A DNA stretch of 64,000 nt. It comes from the human T2T-CHM13v2.0 reference genome, Homo sapiens. Under the pieces are notes generated by a model, which worked only from the letters and a program-made list of their open reading frames with translations, did not search any database and was not told where the DNA came from. Below, piece after piece: positions 1 through 17,963 of the stretch. The stretch lies in NCBI RefSeq assembly GCF_009914755.1, contig NC_060946.1, one strand, 5' to 3'. How positions within the stretch are numbered: the stretch's first letter is position 1; every line of letters begins with the position of its first letter. Both the position numbers and the translations under genes were made by a program.

Positions 1-429
1 AGCTAATGCCTCTGTCCTGTTGGGAGGGCCCCAGTCAGTGCCCACCTGCTCACCCTGCACAAGTCAAGCTGGGCCAGCCCCTCGTCGCTGGGGCCTGGAC
101 CTGGATGTGAGCTCAAAGGCTACACTGGGGGGTGGAAGTGGGGGAGGTGGTGGGTGTGCAGGGTATAGTGCTCAAATGCCTAGTCCAGGGTCTGGGGGTA
201 CATACTGGGAATGGCAGGGACATCAGGGAGGAAAGAGCCGACCTGGAGGCCATAAAGTGAAGGAAGGGATGACCAAGAGGAAGATGGCCAGGTCCAGAGG
301 TGGGGTTGAGTGAACAGGATGGGGAGACCAGGACGCAGTCTGAGGGGGCCAGTCCGGAAGTGAGCATTCCTGTACCTCTTCCGAGAGAGGCCGCAGGGTG
401 AGCAGGTGACAGATGGTGTCCATGAGGGC

Positions 430-1200
430 ATGGACTCAGGGGCGGCTGCGACCTCCCATGGCGTCCCTGCAGGCAGGGAGCCGCGGAGTCCCCGAAGGCC
501 GCTGGATCAGGAAGCGCTCAGACGCCCGCGCAGCCCGAAGCTTTGGCGCAGCCCCGGGGGCGGGGCGCCAGGAGGTGGCAGCCTCCGAGCGACAGCGCGC
601 CCAGCCAACGGGACGCCGGCATGCGGCGCGCCGCCCCGCCCCTCGCTGCGCGGCCCAATGGTGAACGCGCCGGCTTCGGGCTGGGCGGTACTGGGCTGGC
701 TGCGGTGGCGCGCGGGCGCGGCACCCGGAAGTCGGCGGCGGTGGCGGAGGCGGTGAGTGCGCGGCTCCGGGGCTGGCCGACTCCGCTAGTGGCCCGGCCG
801 GCCTGGGCTCGGGGGCTCCGGGCTCTGGGCTCTGGGTGCGCGGACCGGGCCAGGCTGCTTGAAGGTGGGTGGGCTGGCCGCACTTCCTCACCCTGCCTCA
901 GTTTCCCCTTTCTGAGGTATGGTATAGAATCAGGCGGCTGGGTCAGGGGCAACCACGTCGATCCCGGCCGACGAAAATGCCCTGCGCGTTACTGGAAGGT
1001 GTTTTTGATAATCCCCGCTGGCACGGGATGCGAGGGACTCTGGCAGGTGGGACCAGACTCGCTGCGGGGAGGCTGAGATCGGCAGGGTTGGGAGCTGCGT
1101 GGTCCCTGCAGGGTGTGTGGGCTGCTCGGCCTTGGCCAGCATCAGGGACAGCTCTGGCGCCCGGTCACTCTGCCCCCTACCCGCGGCCTGCTGCGGGCCA
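430..1200 (+). promoter_or_regulatory. TANGO2: CpG-island promoter of TANGO2: GC boxes (~556-566, 631-642), CCAAT (655-659), ETS/GABPA motif CCGGAAGT (354-361, 725-732)
   Basis: Very high CpG/GC density relative to flanks; motifs read directly; followed by donor sites and the downstream TANGO2 coding exons. Confidence 0.85.
728..864 (+). other. TANGO2: TANGO2 non-coding exon 1 (5'UTR); start approximate
   Basis: Begins at the ETS motif and ends at AAG|GTGGGT (864/865), matching my recollection of the TANGO2 mRNA 5' end joined to ACCTCGCG of exon 2. Other donors exist at 752 (CG|GTGAGT) and 1234 (ATA|GTAAGT). Confidence 0.7.
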
Positions 1201-3190
1201 GCAGGGTGACAGCTAATGTGGGTGTGAGTAGATAGTAAGTGCTGGGTCATCCCTGCGCCTGGATGCGGCCTTCCTGGGGAGGTTTGGGTAGTTAGATCCC
1301 CCACCCCCAACTCCAGAGCGTCAGAGGTAGGGGCTGGCAGGGCTGCACTCAGGGCAGTCCTTGCCCCACCGCTGGGCTTTGTAGCAGCCTGGGCTTTGCC
1401 CGTTTTCCTCTAGGAAGTGGGCACAGAGGGCTGTTTGCTGAGACCCCCACCTTCCCTGCCCCTAGCACCTCTCCTGTGCTCCCTTGGCTTCCTGCTGGAC
1501 CACAAGCTTTAGAGTGAACCGTCTGCCCTTGGACAAGTCCCTGGGCCTCAGGCCCCCTTCCTCTTCAGGAATGTCACATGCCCTGCCCTGGCCAGGCCTG
1601 TTTGCACTGTCGTGTGGCTCTAGACCTGCTGACCACTGTTTTGCTGCCACTCTGGGCACAGTGCCCTCTTCCATGAGGCAGATGTGACGGCAGCTATAAG
1701 GGGGTAGCTGAGTAGCTCTTTGGAAGGCTTTCTCACGCTAGCTCATTTGCCTCTGGGCAGCCTTTTGGGGCAAGCATTCATTGATCCAGTCCTGCTCATA
1801 CAAGGAAAACTCAGGCTAAGGTGGCAGATCGTGTTCCCAAGGTCATTCAGAGCCAGGGCCTGCTCCCAGTGCCTCTACTACTCCTGGGCCACTCTCTTAG
1901 GAGTGTCCCTGTGTCTGTGTCCTGCGTCTGTGTTGGGTGGGCTGGGAGCAGCTGGAGAGGGTGACCATGTTGTTAGATGGACACAGCAGAGCCTCTGTTC
2001 CCACAGGATCCTAGTGCTCTGGTGGTCCAGGGTAGGGTGCCCTGGTGCCCCCACCCCCTTTGACCCCTACACAGCTTTGTGTTACTTGCATGTCCTCAGA
2101 CTGCAGGCCCCTCAGACCAAGCCCCTGCCTGCTGTGATGTGTGGTGGCCATAGCCCTTCCCTGAGCTAAGGTGACCAGCTGTCAGCTCTTCCTGGGCTGC
2201 CCAGCCTCTTGTGCTTCCTTGGTCTTCACTTGTGGGCTGTCATTCTGATTACGTTTTGCAGTGTGTGGAATCACGTGCAGTGTCCTGGGAACTTGATCCT
2301 GTGCCCGGCTTCTGCGCCAGACGGCGAACTTGGAGGGCACCCCGGTGCCCACCCAAGGGTGCTGCTTCTGAAAACACCCACAGGGATATGAGGGGCTTCT
2401 CAGGGACCCCAGAAGGGGTCTGGAGAGAAATGGCCCGGGATAGGGAGGCTGGGAAGACTTCTCGAAGTAGGGCCATGCTTGTCATTGACACTCCAGATGC
2501 ATGAGAAGCAGGGCCCATCCTTTGGTGACGTGTCAGTCAGCACATGGCAGCAGCATGGCAGAGCCTGGCCTTTGTTGGCCCCTACCATAGGGCTTGGGCT
2601 GTCTTGAAAACAAGCCTATCCCTACCATGAGGATGGGCTCCGTGAAAACAAGGTCACCCCAGAAAGACTGAGCTGCTTTTTGAGGTTATCACAGCTTTTT
2701 CCCCTTTTTCTCTCAACTTCCCTTTTAGACTGCAAAAATAGTTTATGCATGCTTAAAGATAAAAAAGGCTGGCCTCCTTCTCCCAGCGGCTGCTCCCCTG
2801 GTGCACTTGCTGACATTTGGGGGTGCATCCATTGAGATCTTCAGTGCCATGCTAACTTGAAACTTGAAGTGCTTGCCTTCATCCTCTTTGCGGGCATGGT
2901 AGGAGTGCCCCCCCTTTTTTTTGTTTTTACTAACCACTCAGGCCGCAGGGGCCGCTGCGAGGCTGGCCTGTCCCTGGCTTGTGAGGAAGCTGAGTGTTCC
3001 TCCCAGGAGGGCCTGAGAATGGGGCCACCCTGTGTCCAGAGCTTGCTGTCTGCTCACGATGCCTCTTGTTTGTGCTATTCCTTGGAACTGGGAAGAGACA
3101 GTGATCCTCTGGTGTGAGGCTGAAGAAATGCCCCGGAAGCATTGTGAAGATCTGAGGAGAGAGTACCACTGTAGAAAATGTGTCATGATA

Positions 3191-3850
<660 letters not shown>

Positions 3851-4669
3851 AAATGCCATTTAATAGCCAGAGAGTGTAAACTGGTGAGCTCTTGCTGCGG
3901 AGATAGGAGGGAGCAGGGCATTGCAGTGGACTGGAGACTCAGAGGGTTTCCTGACGTCAGGACTTTCTTCGCCCAGGCCCCGTGAACAGCGACACTGTGT
4001 TCCCACGTGTGTTTACCTCCTCTGCTGACAGCCACCGGGAGCCCGCGTCACATGTCTGTGTCTGCCTTTGAAAAGAGCAACTCATGCTTTCAAGCTCTGC
4101 CCCTGGGGGCTGCCACCGCTGATGGAGTGGGGATTACAAGGGATGGGGATTGGGCGCCCGGCTGCTCAGCCCTGCAGCACCAGCCCTTGTGGCCATTGAG
4201 GCCATTAAATGGGGGCAGCAGACTGTAGGGCTTAGTCACCCTCTGTTCAGGGACTCACCATGTGCAGCCCCAATAGGAGCCCGACTTGATGGCTACCCTC
4301 CCAAGTGTCTAGGTCCCCTTGACCCTGTGGTACTAATAGCTTGCCATTCCTCTGTCACCACTGCTTTCTGCTTAGCACACGTCCCCTCTGCCCATGTGCT
4401 ATGCTTGCCTTTTCGCTTGCCAAAGGGAAGTGGTTCCGCCAAAAGCGTGTGTCCCATCCCCTCTGGCCCCCAGGGTCTCCAGGTGTGGTGTTGCTGCGAC
4501 AGCCCAGCTACACCCCGTCCTATGCAGAGCTGTCTTGCACCAGGGCTGATTGGGTCTTCTCTTGCTTTCTGTGAACAAGTGACTCTTGGGTTCTTGCCCT
4601 TCCTTCCCTCTCTTCCCTGCCCATAGAAATGTCCCAGCCCTGGCAGGGAAGGAGGGCAGGATCTGTACA

Positions 4670-5290
<621 letters not shown>

Positions 5291-5814
5291 TGAGACCTCC
5301 CTGCTGCCTCATCACCGTGGAAAGGCACAGGCTGGCTTCTTTTCCAGGTTATGGACTTTCTTACTGTGTCACTTTGTGGACTTGGGCACCTGCAGAGTGC
5401 CTGGCATGGTGAGCAGGAGTTGGGGCATGGCGTGATCTAGGCAGGGTTTGGAAGGTTCTTTGAATAGCCAAGGGGGACAGTCTGGAGGGTGCCCTCCAGA
5501 CACCTGAGAATGCATTGAAGCTAGGGTGACTACTGCAGCATCAGAGGCCTGGTGACACATTTAAGGCCTCAAGGGGCCCATGTGACTAGAAGTCCAGGAT
5601 GTGGCTGAGGTGGGCCAGACTGGATGGCCAGCGGCCACCTAAGGACAATTGGCTGTGCGTTTGGGAAGCATGGGTGGTCCCCACCTCACAGCAGTCGCAC
5701 AGGCAGACAGTGGGCAGATCCAAGAGCTTCACCAAGGCTGGGCGGGGTGGCTCACGCCTATAATCCCAGCATTTTGGGAGGCTGAGGCGGGGGGATCATG
5801 AGGTCAGGAGTTCA

Positions 5815-6078
<264 letters not shown>

Positions 6079-6543
6079 TCATTTTGGGACAGGGAGGGCC
6101 TTTAGCAGGACGGGACATGACTGCTGTACAGTAATGATGGGAAAATCCCATGTAATATAAGGCTATTTCTACTAGACAGCATCACAGGCAGAGCTGAAAG
6201 GCAGGGGATGGCTAGGGAGAAAACAGTTGCAGGCCTGGGACAGGCACATGGTTGCCCACATCACACCAGCTGCACTACGGGTCAGTGAGACAAAGGCCTA
6301 GCAGTCAGTACCCATGTTGGTGAATTGTTGGCAAGAACATACAGGAGGTCACAAGTTGCCCAGCCAGTGGGGGATGCCCATAAAACCCTGGCGGGAACAT
6401 TTCCCACACTGCATACACCCTGGAGGCAGGTGAGTGGCAACAGGTTCTGGTGCTAGACGTTAGCGGGGACTTGGCCAAGTCTGTTTATCTGAAAGCGTCA
6501 CCCATGGATGGAGCAATTCCACCTCTTGCGTCTATCCTAGGAA

Positions 6544-6956
6544 TGTCCTCAGCTGCTCTCCCACTGTTGTAAAGAAATACCTGGGACTGGGTCATTTATT
6601 AAAAAAAGAGGTTTAATTGGCTCTCGGTTCTGCAAGGTGCACAGGAAGCATGATCCTGGCATTTGCTCAGCTTCTGGGGAGGCCTCAGGAAACTTACAAT
6701 CATGGCAGAAGGAAAAGCAGGAGCCAGCACTTCACACGGCTGGAGCAGGAGGAAGAGAGAGATGGGGGAGGTGCCACACACTTAAAACCAGATCTCGTGA
6801 GAACTCTATCACTGTACAGCACCGGGGGGGATGGTGTTAAACTTTCATGAGAATTCTGCCCCCATGATCCAATCGCCTCCCACCAGGTCCTGCCTCCAAC
6901 ACTGGGAATTAAATTCAACGTGAGATTTGGTGGGGACACAGATCCAAGCCAAATCA
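6544..6956 (-). mobile_element. MaLR LTR (MST-like)
   Basis: Typical aaagaaatacctg..aagaggtttaattggctc..gagatttgg..gacacagatccaa motifs; subfamily from memory. Confidence 0.8.
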
Positions 6957-7221
6957 GCCCATGTGCAGAGCATGTGCTAGGGATGGTCGCTTGATGGGAC
7001 GAAGACACCAGCCACAGCTGAGAGGCAGAGCAGCGGGAAAGCTGGGCAGTGGTGAACCAGTGGGGACATGGCTCTGGTGGAGACAGACCTCATGGCCAAT
7101 CAGGGAGAACGGAGCAATGGGACCCTAGCGTGTTAACCCCACAGCATACATGTGTCTGCTCACATGTGTGTGCAAGCAGGTTAAGAACACTCTGGCGCCA
7201 CAGGCAGCCCTTGGCTGAGGC

Positions 7222-8020
<799 letters not shown>

Positions 8021-9740
8021 GAAGGGATGGGGCTTTGGCCCGTTAAATGTCACTGGAAATGTTTCCCCCCAGAATGTGCTCCTGGGTGACCTGAGCGATG
8101 GTATTAACAACTACGGGTCCCACCAGCCTCCAGAGCTGCCAGTCGTGGCTACAGGAGACTCAGCCTTAGGCTGGGGCACAGAGAGGCTGAATAGAGGGTG
8201 AATGAACAGGCAGCGTATGGGAGGGACCAGCGTTTCTTGGTATTATACAAAAGCTAGTGGAGGTGGTGCTGGTTGGTGTGGGGTGGGCGACTGGCACGGT
8301 CAGATGCCTGATGCCTGTTGGCCTCCTCAGAAGGGGAGGCTGGCAGTAGTGGGTTCTGGGACATGCAGGAGGGTGGCCTGGATTTGCCCTGCAGCACTGA
8401 GGTCTGCCTGTTCCCCACTGGGTCCTCCATTTGAGGCCCTGTCAGCATGGCCCTCGTCCCCCTTGCTTCTTTTCCCCATGGGCCTCTGCAAGGTTACTGC
8501 CCACCCTCCACCCCACCTACCTGCCTGTGGTGGGCACTGAGAGCCAGGGAAGCAGATCCTCACTGCCAGGCAGCAGGCCATGTGCGCATCCATCAGGGTG
8601 CCAGACCTTGTCCCCACGCAGCCCTGGCTGGGGTCACTGCTGCTGCTGCTCTCTGCCTGTGGCTCTGGCCCATCTTTGCCCAGGCGTTCTGTCTGAATGG
8701 TTTTCTTGTCGTGCCTTTTTTAGACACCGCATGGAGTGAGGTTTGGGGCTTGCCTCAACTGGAGTCTCATTCTTCTTAGAGAGGGAGTTTAGCCCGTTTC
8801 CATTTGGCCTTAGGACAGAAGGCCCTGTTGGTTTCTCTGAGAAGCCAGGGGAGGAGCCCTAGGCTGGAGAGGGGATTCTAGAGCGGGGTGGCTCTCAGAA
8901 GCAGAAGGTGGGCAGAGAGGACGGTGCACGCTGGGAGAGTTCTCGAAAGCATCAGCAGATGGGCCCAGAGTGCCTGGAAAGCTTCCGTCCTTCACAGACA
9001 GCGCCATGCTCTAAGAATAACCCATGCCAAGTCCAGGCTTTCTTCCTGTTTTGCAGAATTACCAAGTTGTTAGGCTAGGGGAACGTATGCTGGGATTCTG
9101 GGAAGAATTCCACCCGCACTGGTATTCTTAGAGGACGGGAAGCCCTTGGCTGCGGTGTGAAGAGGGCTCTCTCTTTCCATTCATATCTCATAGATCCTCT
9201 GGCCAGGCTTGGGGGTGTTGAGGGACTCCAGGAGTGTGGGGGGAACTTCCTCCCTGGAAGAGGCCTGTGCTCTGTCCCTGCTGAGGCTGGTGGCATTTGC
9301 AGTCACATGGTGAGCTCACAGTGACTGTCCCCCTCTTACCTCCCTGGCAGGGTTGGCAAAGGCCACACCAAAGTCCCAAGTGATTAGTTCCCCGGCCTCC
9401 CTGCACAGAGGCTGTGCATGTCCCCTGGGCATTCACTCTAGCTGTCTGGGCTGCAGGGAGGCAGGGTGCCTGGCCCAACTGGAGATGGCACTCTACTGGG
9501 GGTGGTTAAGTGTTGACCATCACAAAGGCGACCTCTTTCGTCACATCTGTGTGAGAGGAGCTGGACTTTCTCAGATATGGATGAGCCTCACGACGCACAT
9601 CCTTTCGTCCCTTGCTTGTCTACCAAGTCCCTATGTGCTCCAGGAGGCAGTGGTACAGGCCAGCCGCTCCGTATGACCAGAGAACCAGTGCCTCACACTC
9701 CAGCGCATTTCCTTCCCAGGGTGCACCAGGACTCTTGTAA

Positions 9741-11090
<1,350 letters not shown>

Positions 11091-12751
11091 TCACAGGCTC
11101 TGCTTTCAGTCTTGAAGTATGGCTCCTCTCGACTGCTGCCCACACGGCCTCCTGTTGTCAGCCTGGGCTACATATCTGGGCTCTTCCATCCCTGTGGGCC
11201 TGGTGAGGCCTGGCCATGTGCCTGTGTCATGCCAGTTGCTTTCAAGATGATGTTTCTAGTAGGACCATATGTGAACACAGTGACCACCATGGCCAGGAGG
11301 AAGCTGGCTGCCCATCACCAGCTTGCCCAGGGACCTCTTGCACCCTGGCGGGGATCAGCAGATCCTGCTATGAGAGAGCAGAAGGCAGCATGCTGACTTC
11401 CAGGAGTGTCCACAGCGTGGCTGGGCAGAGCAGAGCTACAAATGAACAGATCCAGTGCCGAGGCCATCCTGACTCTCTCAGGGGCTGCCAGGCCGTGGGT
11501 GCAGGGTCCAGCAGGCCCACTTGATCCCAGCATCCCACGTGTGCCTGCTCGGGGTGGCCAGCTCACTGCTTCTTCACCTCTAGCCCAACCAGCAGGTGCC
11601 CCACCATGAGCCCCTCCAGGCTCACCTTGCCCATCCCTGCCATGTGACCTGGGACTCTTGAGATGAGATCACAGCTGCAGAGCACACAGCACAGGGAGGA
11701 GCTCATCAGCATCTTCCCACCTGTGGTGCCCTGGCCCAGCCTCCTTCCGGTTGGGGTTGGACCCGCCCTGGCAGCCAGGTTTTGCGTCACCTGCCCCACC
11801 CGCCCTGTAACCTACTTGCCCAACTGCTATCCCGGTGGCCGTGAGGCCAGTTGACAGGATGGAGAGGGGTAAGCATTTTCCGCCTGGAGAGGATGGGCGT
11901 GTGGCCATCTGACTGCTTCTGCAAGCCTGGTGGTTGTGTGCAGGCTGCCCTGGTGGTCTTAGCCCCTTGGGGCAGGCGGGGTCCTGTGCAGGATGCAGAG
12001 ACTGGGCGTGGCTTCCTGCAGATGTTCAGATGCTTCTGGGCTGTGGCCTCTGAGACCCAGGGCAAGGCTGCTGACTGGACCCCAGACCCTCCTGCCTGCC
12101 TCTTCCTCCAGCTGCTCTTTGTGGTCTGGTTCTGGCCGCCTGGGCCTCAGGGCCAACCCTGCATGGCTTTGACCACTCTGGCCTTCTTGGACTGCCAAGG
12201 ACATGCTGAGAGTTGGTTGGGCTTGGCCCAAGTGCTGAGCCCAGGGCAGGGGTGGGGACAGGCAGGGCGGAGCCTCACCTGGAAAGCCAGGCACGATTCT
12301 CCCTGGGACACCAACCCTCCTGTAGAGTTGGCCAATTCGGGCAACCTTGAGGGCGAGCTCTGTGTGGCACAAGAGATGCCCTGAGGAGCCCAGCCTCACC
12401 TGGTGTGATGGGACCTGTGGAAGTTGTGGGAAGTGGTCCTGGCCACCCGTGTGCCCACATGCCCTGCGCCCAGATCAAGATATGGTGACCAAAAGGACAA
12501 GGACTATATCCATGGCTCCCTCCCAGAGCCTGGCAAGTCAGCAGGCATGAGAGGGTGTTGGAATGCTGTGGTGGGCCTGTGTGGGGACCTTGTAGGACCT
12601 AGGGAACCTGCAGGGCTTGGCTTAGGGAGCACACAGGGGCCCAGGCAAAGGCAAGGTCACAGGTCGGGGGAGGTGAAGCTGGCAGGGGGAGGGGGAGACC
12701 TGCTGGCTAGAGCTGGGTTGGGGGCCGGTGGGCAGTGGGCCTGGCTCGAGC

Positions 12752-12833
12752 AGGGGGCGAGGGATTGGAGAGAAAGGCAGTTCCTGATGGTCCCCTCCCC
12801 AGGGGCTGGCTTTCCTCTGGTCCTTCCCTCCCA
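12752..12833 (+). ncRNA. MIR185: pre-miR-185 hairpin; miR-185-5p 12766-12787 (UGGAGAGAAAGGCAGUUCCUGA), miR-185-3p 12801-12822 (AGGGGCUGGCUUUCCUCUGGUC)
   Basis: Mature sequences recognised; the two arms are complementary; it is intronic and sense to TANGO2, as is known for MIR185. Confidence 0.98.
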
Positions 12834-13364
12834 ATGACCGCGTCTTCGTCGAGGCCACAGCCCTTGGCTCTGCGCCCACACCTCCAGTGCCAGGCTGTCC
12901 GGAGATCTGTTTATGGCCTTCCCTTGGACCATGGAGCCCTCCCTGCCACTGGTGCCTGGAGGGCTGGTCTGCTGCCCCCGCACCCTGGCCAGCTAGGATG
13001 GTGGGGTCCTGCAGCTGAACTGGGGGTGCCTTTCTGCCTGTCTGTCCTACGTGTATCAGTGGCCAGAACTGCCCTCATCCATGGCCTTGCCAGCAGCTGG
13101 GCGTGCAGCCCAGGGAGGGCTGAGGTCGGCTGAAGTTGATTGAGACCAACGGCCTTCTCTAACACCCCAGAGGAGCATGTCCCTGGTGAGCAGGCCTTGG
13201 GCAGCCCTGGGCTCCAGGCCAGTGGGATTCCAGTAGAGACCAGCTGGCAGGGCTTCTCCAGTGACTGCAGCCAGGGGTTCTCATGTGCAGGAAAGACCAG
13301 CTCCTCCAGAGTAAAGGGACTTGTGTCTTCTGGCCACATGGTGAGTGCTGGGCCCACCCCATCA

Positions 13365-13922
<558 letters not shown>

Positions 13923-15423
13923 TCAGAGCATGGTTGGTTGATGATGCATGTACGGTTATCTTTCTGCTGGTTCTTGCTCATGGTGCTTCTTTCATTATGT
14001 GGTTCTTTCTGACTATGTACTGCTTCTGGTCTTTGAAAAATGATTTTGAGACTTCTTTGAAGTATAGGATGAAGGTGTCTTTCTCCAGAGAGAACTTCAG
14101 GCACAGGGGCACTACGAGTGCTGGAACCCCTTAAAACTGTGCTTGGCTTGTGGGTCCTTGTACCCCCAGTGTGGACCTGGACGGCTGGCTGTGCCACAGC
14201 TTCTCAGAAACTTCCCTTCACTTATGTGCAATGTCCCCATAACCCCTGGGGGTGGCTGCGGCTGTAGTTCATCTCTCCCTAAGCATCGCTCTTTGGAGTC
14301 CCAGCCTAACTTAGAGGAGAGTCTTCTGTTAGGTTCTTCATCCTGTGGGGGTGACTGGACCTTGTCTTCTGTCTCCTTCGCCCCCGAGGCCACCAGAGTA
14401 TGAGCCCCAGTGTGTTCAGTGGGCAAACGCTCTCAGGCAGGATTGGCCACTGTGTTCTGCTGTCCTCTGTGGGCCACGCTCTCCGAACTGTTGGCCAAAT
14501 GCTGCATGAGCTCATCAGCTCCTGGCAATTTTTAAGATGTTTTCATATTTCATCCAGCATCTTGAGTTGTTTTTACCAAAAGGATTGGCCCTAGTAGCCT
14601 GCCCACCCTCGGATGATGGCCCCCTGTGGGCGCTTCCAGGGCACCCGGCAAGGGGACCCAACCCACTTCCAGCCCCACAGTCTGCTTCCCACAGGGCCCC
14701 CTTGCAACAACACACCCTTTAGCTTCCCATCCTATGCAGAGTGGTGGCCAGCAGACCATCTCAAATGGCTGCCCATCCCCCTGACCCAGTGCGTCTGCAC
14801 GTGGCGCTTATTGCTATCCCAATACTTCAACTGCACAGCCACCAGCTCCTCACTGGAGCAGATGGTCCCCAATGGCCATCCCTAATGCCCGTGCCTATGG
14901 AGGCACATACACTGAGCCCTCTTCACCTCCGTCCCCACTCATTAGACTTTTCTCAGAGGAATCTTTTTGGGTCTCTTCAGTATTTGAACAGCTTCTTGGC
15001 TGTCCCATGTCCCAGCTGTGAGCACTGGCTCTGCCCTGGAGCCGTGTCACTAAATCATTGCACATGTGCACATTTCAGGGAACTTGGGTGTCACCCTTGC
15101 GTGGCCTCGGAATCTAATCTCCGTTCTGCACTCGTTTGCATTGTGGAAAACTGCCTGCTCTGGGCCCCAGAGGTCCCTGGGTGGGGACAAGGTGTATGCT
15201 AAGTGTGCAGTCACCCAGCGTGTCCCCGGCACGTGTCCATGCCAGCTGCTGTGGGTGTGTGGGGCCTTCGGGTCCTGTGGGATGGCGAGTGTGTGTGCTG
15301 AGCAGGACCTGTAGGGCCTGCATCCCAGGTGAGTGGGCCATGCTGTTGGAGGCGGAGGCAGGGCTGCCCCCACTGGTGGCGTGTGGGGTGGGGTTGGTGC
15401 TGTTGCAGGGGAGGAGATGTGCA

Positions 15424-16031
15424 TGTGGGGGACAGTCTTGAAGGAAGAATGTATACAGTGGTCTATTTCCAAGACAAAGTGTCTTAAATTGGCTTAGCTC
15501 AGCAAACTACAGAAGAAACAGGATATACTAGGCCACCCTGCTTGGATAGCTGATGTGTGCTTGTCGGCCTCCACTTTCCCCGCACTTAGTTGCCTTCACC
15601 CGAACCAAAGAAGTTCAGTCTAAGCTGAAAGTTTACTAGCCTGCAAAATAGCTCATTTTGTCTGTTCTTATCAGCCTGCCTGCTACTTAGGTCGTAAGTT
15701 AAATACTTAAAAAGTCCCTGAGCTAACTAGGACTGCAATGCATTGTGGGCTGCAACAAAATACAGCAAGACAAGCCCCCAAAAAAACACCTGAAGCCCCT
15801 ACCCAACAATTAATAGGCGACGTCCGGGAAAATTGTGACCCCACAGTACTCGGCCTATGAGGAACTGGGGGAGGGACCTGCGTACTAGGGGATAAATTGC
15901 TTGTCGAAACTGTGCTGGGTGTGCCTGTCTGACACCTGATCTTGCAAGACTGTCATTAAAAGTCTCACTTTCGCTGTTCTCTGGGTCTGAGTTCATTCTT
16001 TAGATTTGGATGGGTAAGTTTGTTTCTCACA
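15424..16031 (+). mobile_element. Solo ERV LTR (608 bp, TG...CA; probably ERVL class, LTR18-like; subfamily uncertain)
   Basis: TG/CA termini; 5-bp flanks GTGCA / GTGTG (both derivable from GTGCG by CpG decay); TATA-like GATAAAT at 15891 and ATTAAA at 15955; AT-shifted composition. Confidence 0.7.
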
Positions 16032-16411
16032 GTGTGGCTCCTGCCCTCACTTCTGCTGCCCCCCGGGGACCCCCTCGGCACCCCAGCTCGGTGTGTCCAG
16101 GCCTTAAGACTACCATGGTGCTGATGGGATGCTTCTGTTCAGGGCTGGTGTTGCAGGTGGTGGAGAGACAGTCTGGCCAGTGCCAATGAGTGCATGGGTT
16201 TGGGAGTTGTTTGTGTGGCACCGGCCAAGAGTGTGGTGTCCAGTTCCCCCACACCCAGCAAGTGGTACAGACACCACAGAGGTGGTTCTCTCTGTTCTGG
16301 CCTGTTGCAGGTTCGGAGGGCAGCCCTGAGTGTCTGCCATCCGCTCAACTCAGTGTTTTCCTTTTCCCGCAGACCTCGCGACCTGTGTCAGCAGAGCCGC
16401 CCTGCACCACC

Positions 16412-16467
16412 ATGTGCATCATCTTCTTTAAGTTTGATCCTCGCCCTGTTTCCAAAAACGCGTACAG
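16412..16467 (+). CDS. TANGO2: TANGO2 coding exon 2 (exon begins 16373; ATG 16412 in Kozak context CACCACCATG): MCIIFFKFDPRPVSKNAYR
   Basis: Acceptor ttttcccgcag|ACC, donor CAG|GTAACC; 56 nt; recognisable TANGO2/NRDE-family N-terminus MCI. Confidence 0.97.
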
Positions 16468-16528
16468 GTAACCCCCTCGCTCTGCATCTGCTGCGCCCTG
16501 CAGGGTCCTGGGTGCCCAGCCAGTTCTC

Positions 16529-16707
16529 ATGCCACCCAAGCTGCTGTGTGCAGGAAGGTGTGTGGGCCAGGACGGGGCTGCACAGGCCTGGCACTGCCCT
16601 CCAGGACAGGGTCACTCAGTGTGGGATGCTGTCAGAATGCCTCTCGGGGCGGGGACTCCAGTCAATGTACAAAGACGTGAAGACTCAGCCACAGAAGGCA
16701 GCCACAG
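16529..16707 (+). CDS. TANGO2: Candidate alternative TANGO2 N-terminal coding segment (MPPKLLCAGR...TEGSHR), giving a 317-aa isoform
   Basis: ATG 16529, open to CAG|GTAGGA at 16707/16708; 179 nt ends in phase 2, the same phase as exon 2, so it splices in frame to exon 3. Confidence 0.6.
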
Positions 16708-17499
16708 GTAGGACAGAGGAGTGACATGGGTCCAGGTGGGCTGCAGTTCTATGGGCTTTGAGGAGGGTCGGGCGGCAGAACTGGGACAACGGCGTCAGTG
16801 AGTGAGAGCCAGCTTGGGCTGGCGGGTCACAGCTGCTGGTGAGAAGTCAAAGTGGCGGCCAGGCTAGGGGTCTGTGGGTGGGTCCTGAGCTGAGGAAAAA
16901 GAACCTGGGGAAGAGGGGACGCTGAGGACCAGCCAGAGGAGTCAGGAAATCGAGGCCAGAAGCCACCCCTGACCCTGGACTCAGGACGGCCACACCTCCA
17001 TTCCCCAGGACACCCCAGCATTTATCCACACAGAGAACGAGGCAGAGATATAACCCACATCTAAAATGAAACGTGTAACCACTCTCTAATGCAACTGCTC
17101 GGGAAGTTTTCATCATTTTAAAATCTGTACCAGAAATGATTTGAACCATTTCAAGAGGGTCTCAGATTTGAGTCACTGCAAAGTTGCATAGACACCATGC
17201 TGCTTGACTTCAAGGCTGAGTGAAGTCATTTCAGGCCAAGGAATCAGGAAGGAAGGGTGTCTGGTGTTTTCCCTTTTTGCAGTTGGGTGAGTGGCAGGTC
17301 CCAGCAGCAGACAGCATGCTGCAGGGAAGGTGGAAGAAATGTTAGGAAAGAACTATTGACTGCTACAGGGACTGGAGTAGTGTTGGGCTGGCTAGTGAGT
17401 GAACAGAACTCTAAAGAATGTAGGGGCTGGCCGAGCACGGTGGCTCACGCCTGTAATCCCAGCACTTTGGGAGGCCAAGGTGGGCGGATCACAAGGTCA

Positions 17500-17963
<464 letters not shown>

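Noticed and set aside
1-430. ARVCF 5' end (the known upstream neighbour)
   Set aside because: No exon or promoter attributable to ARVCF is visible; it presumably lies outside the window.
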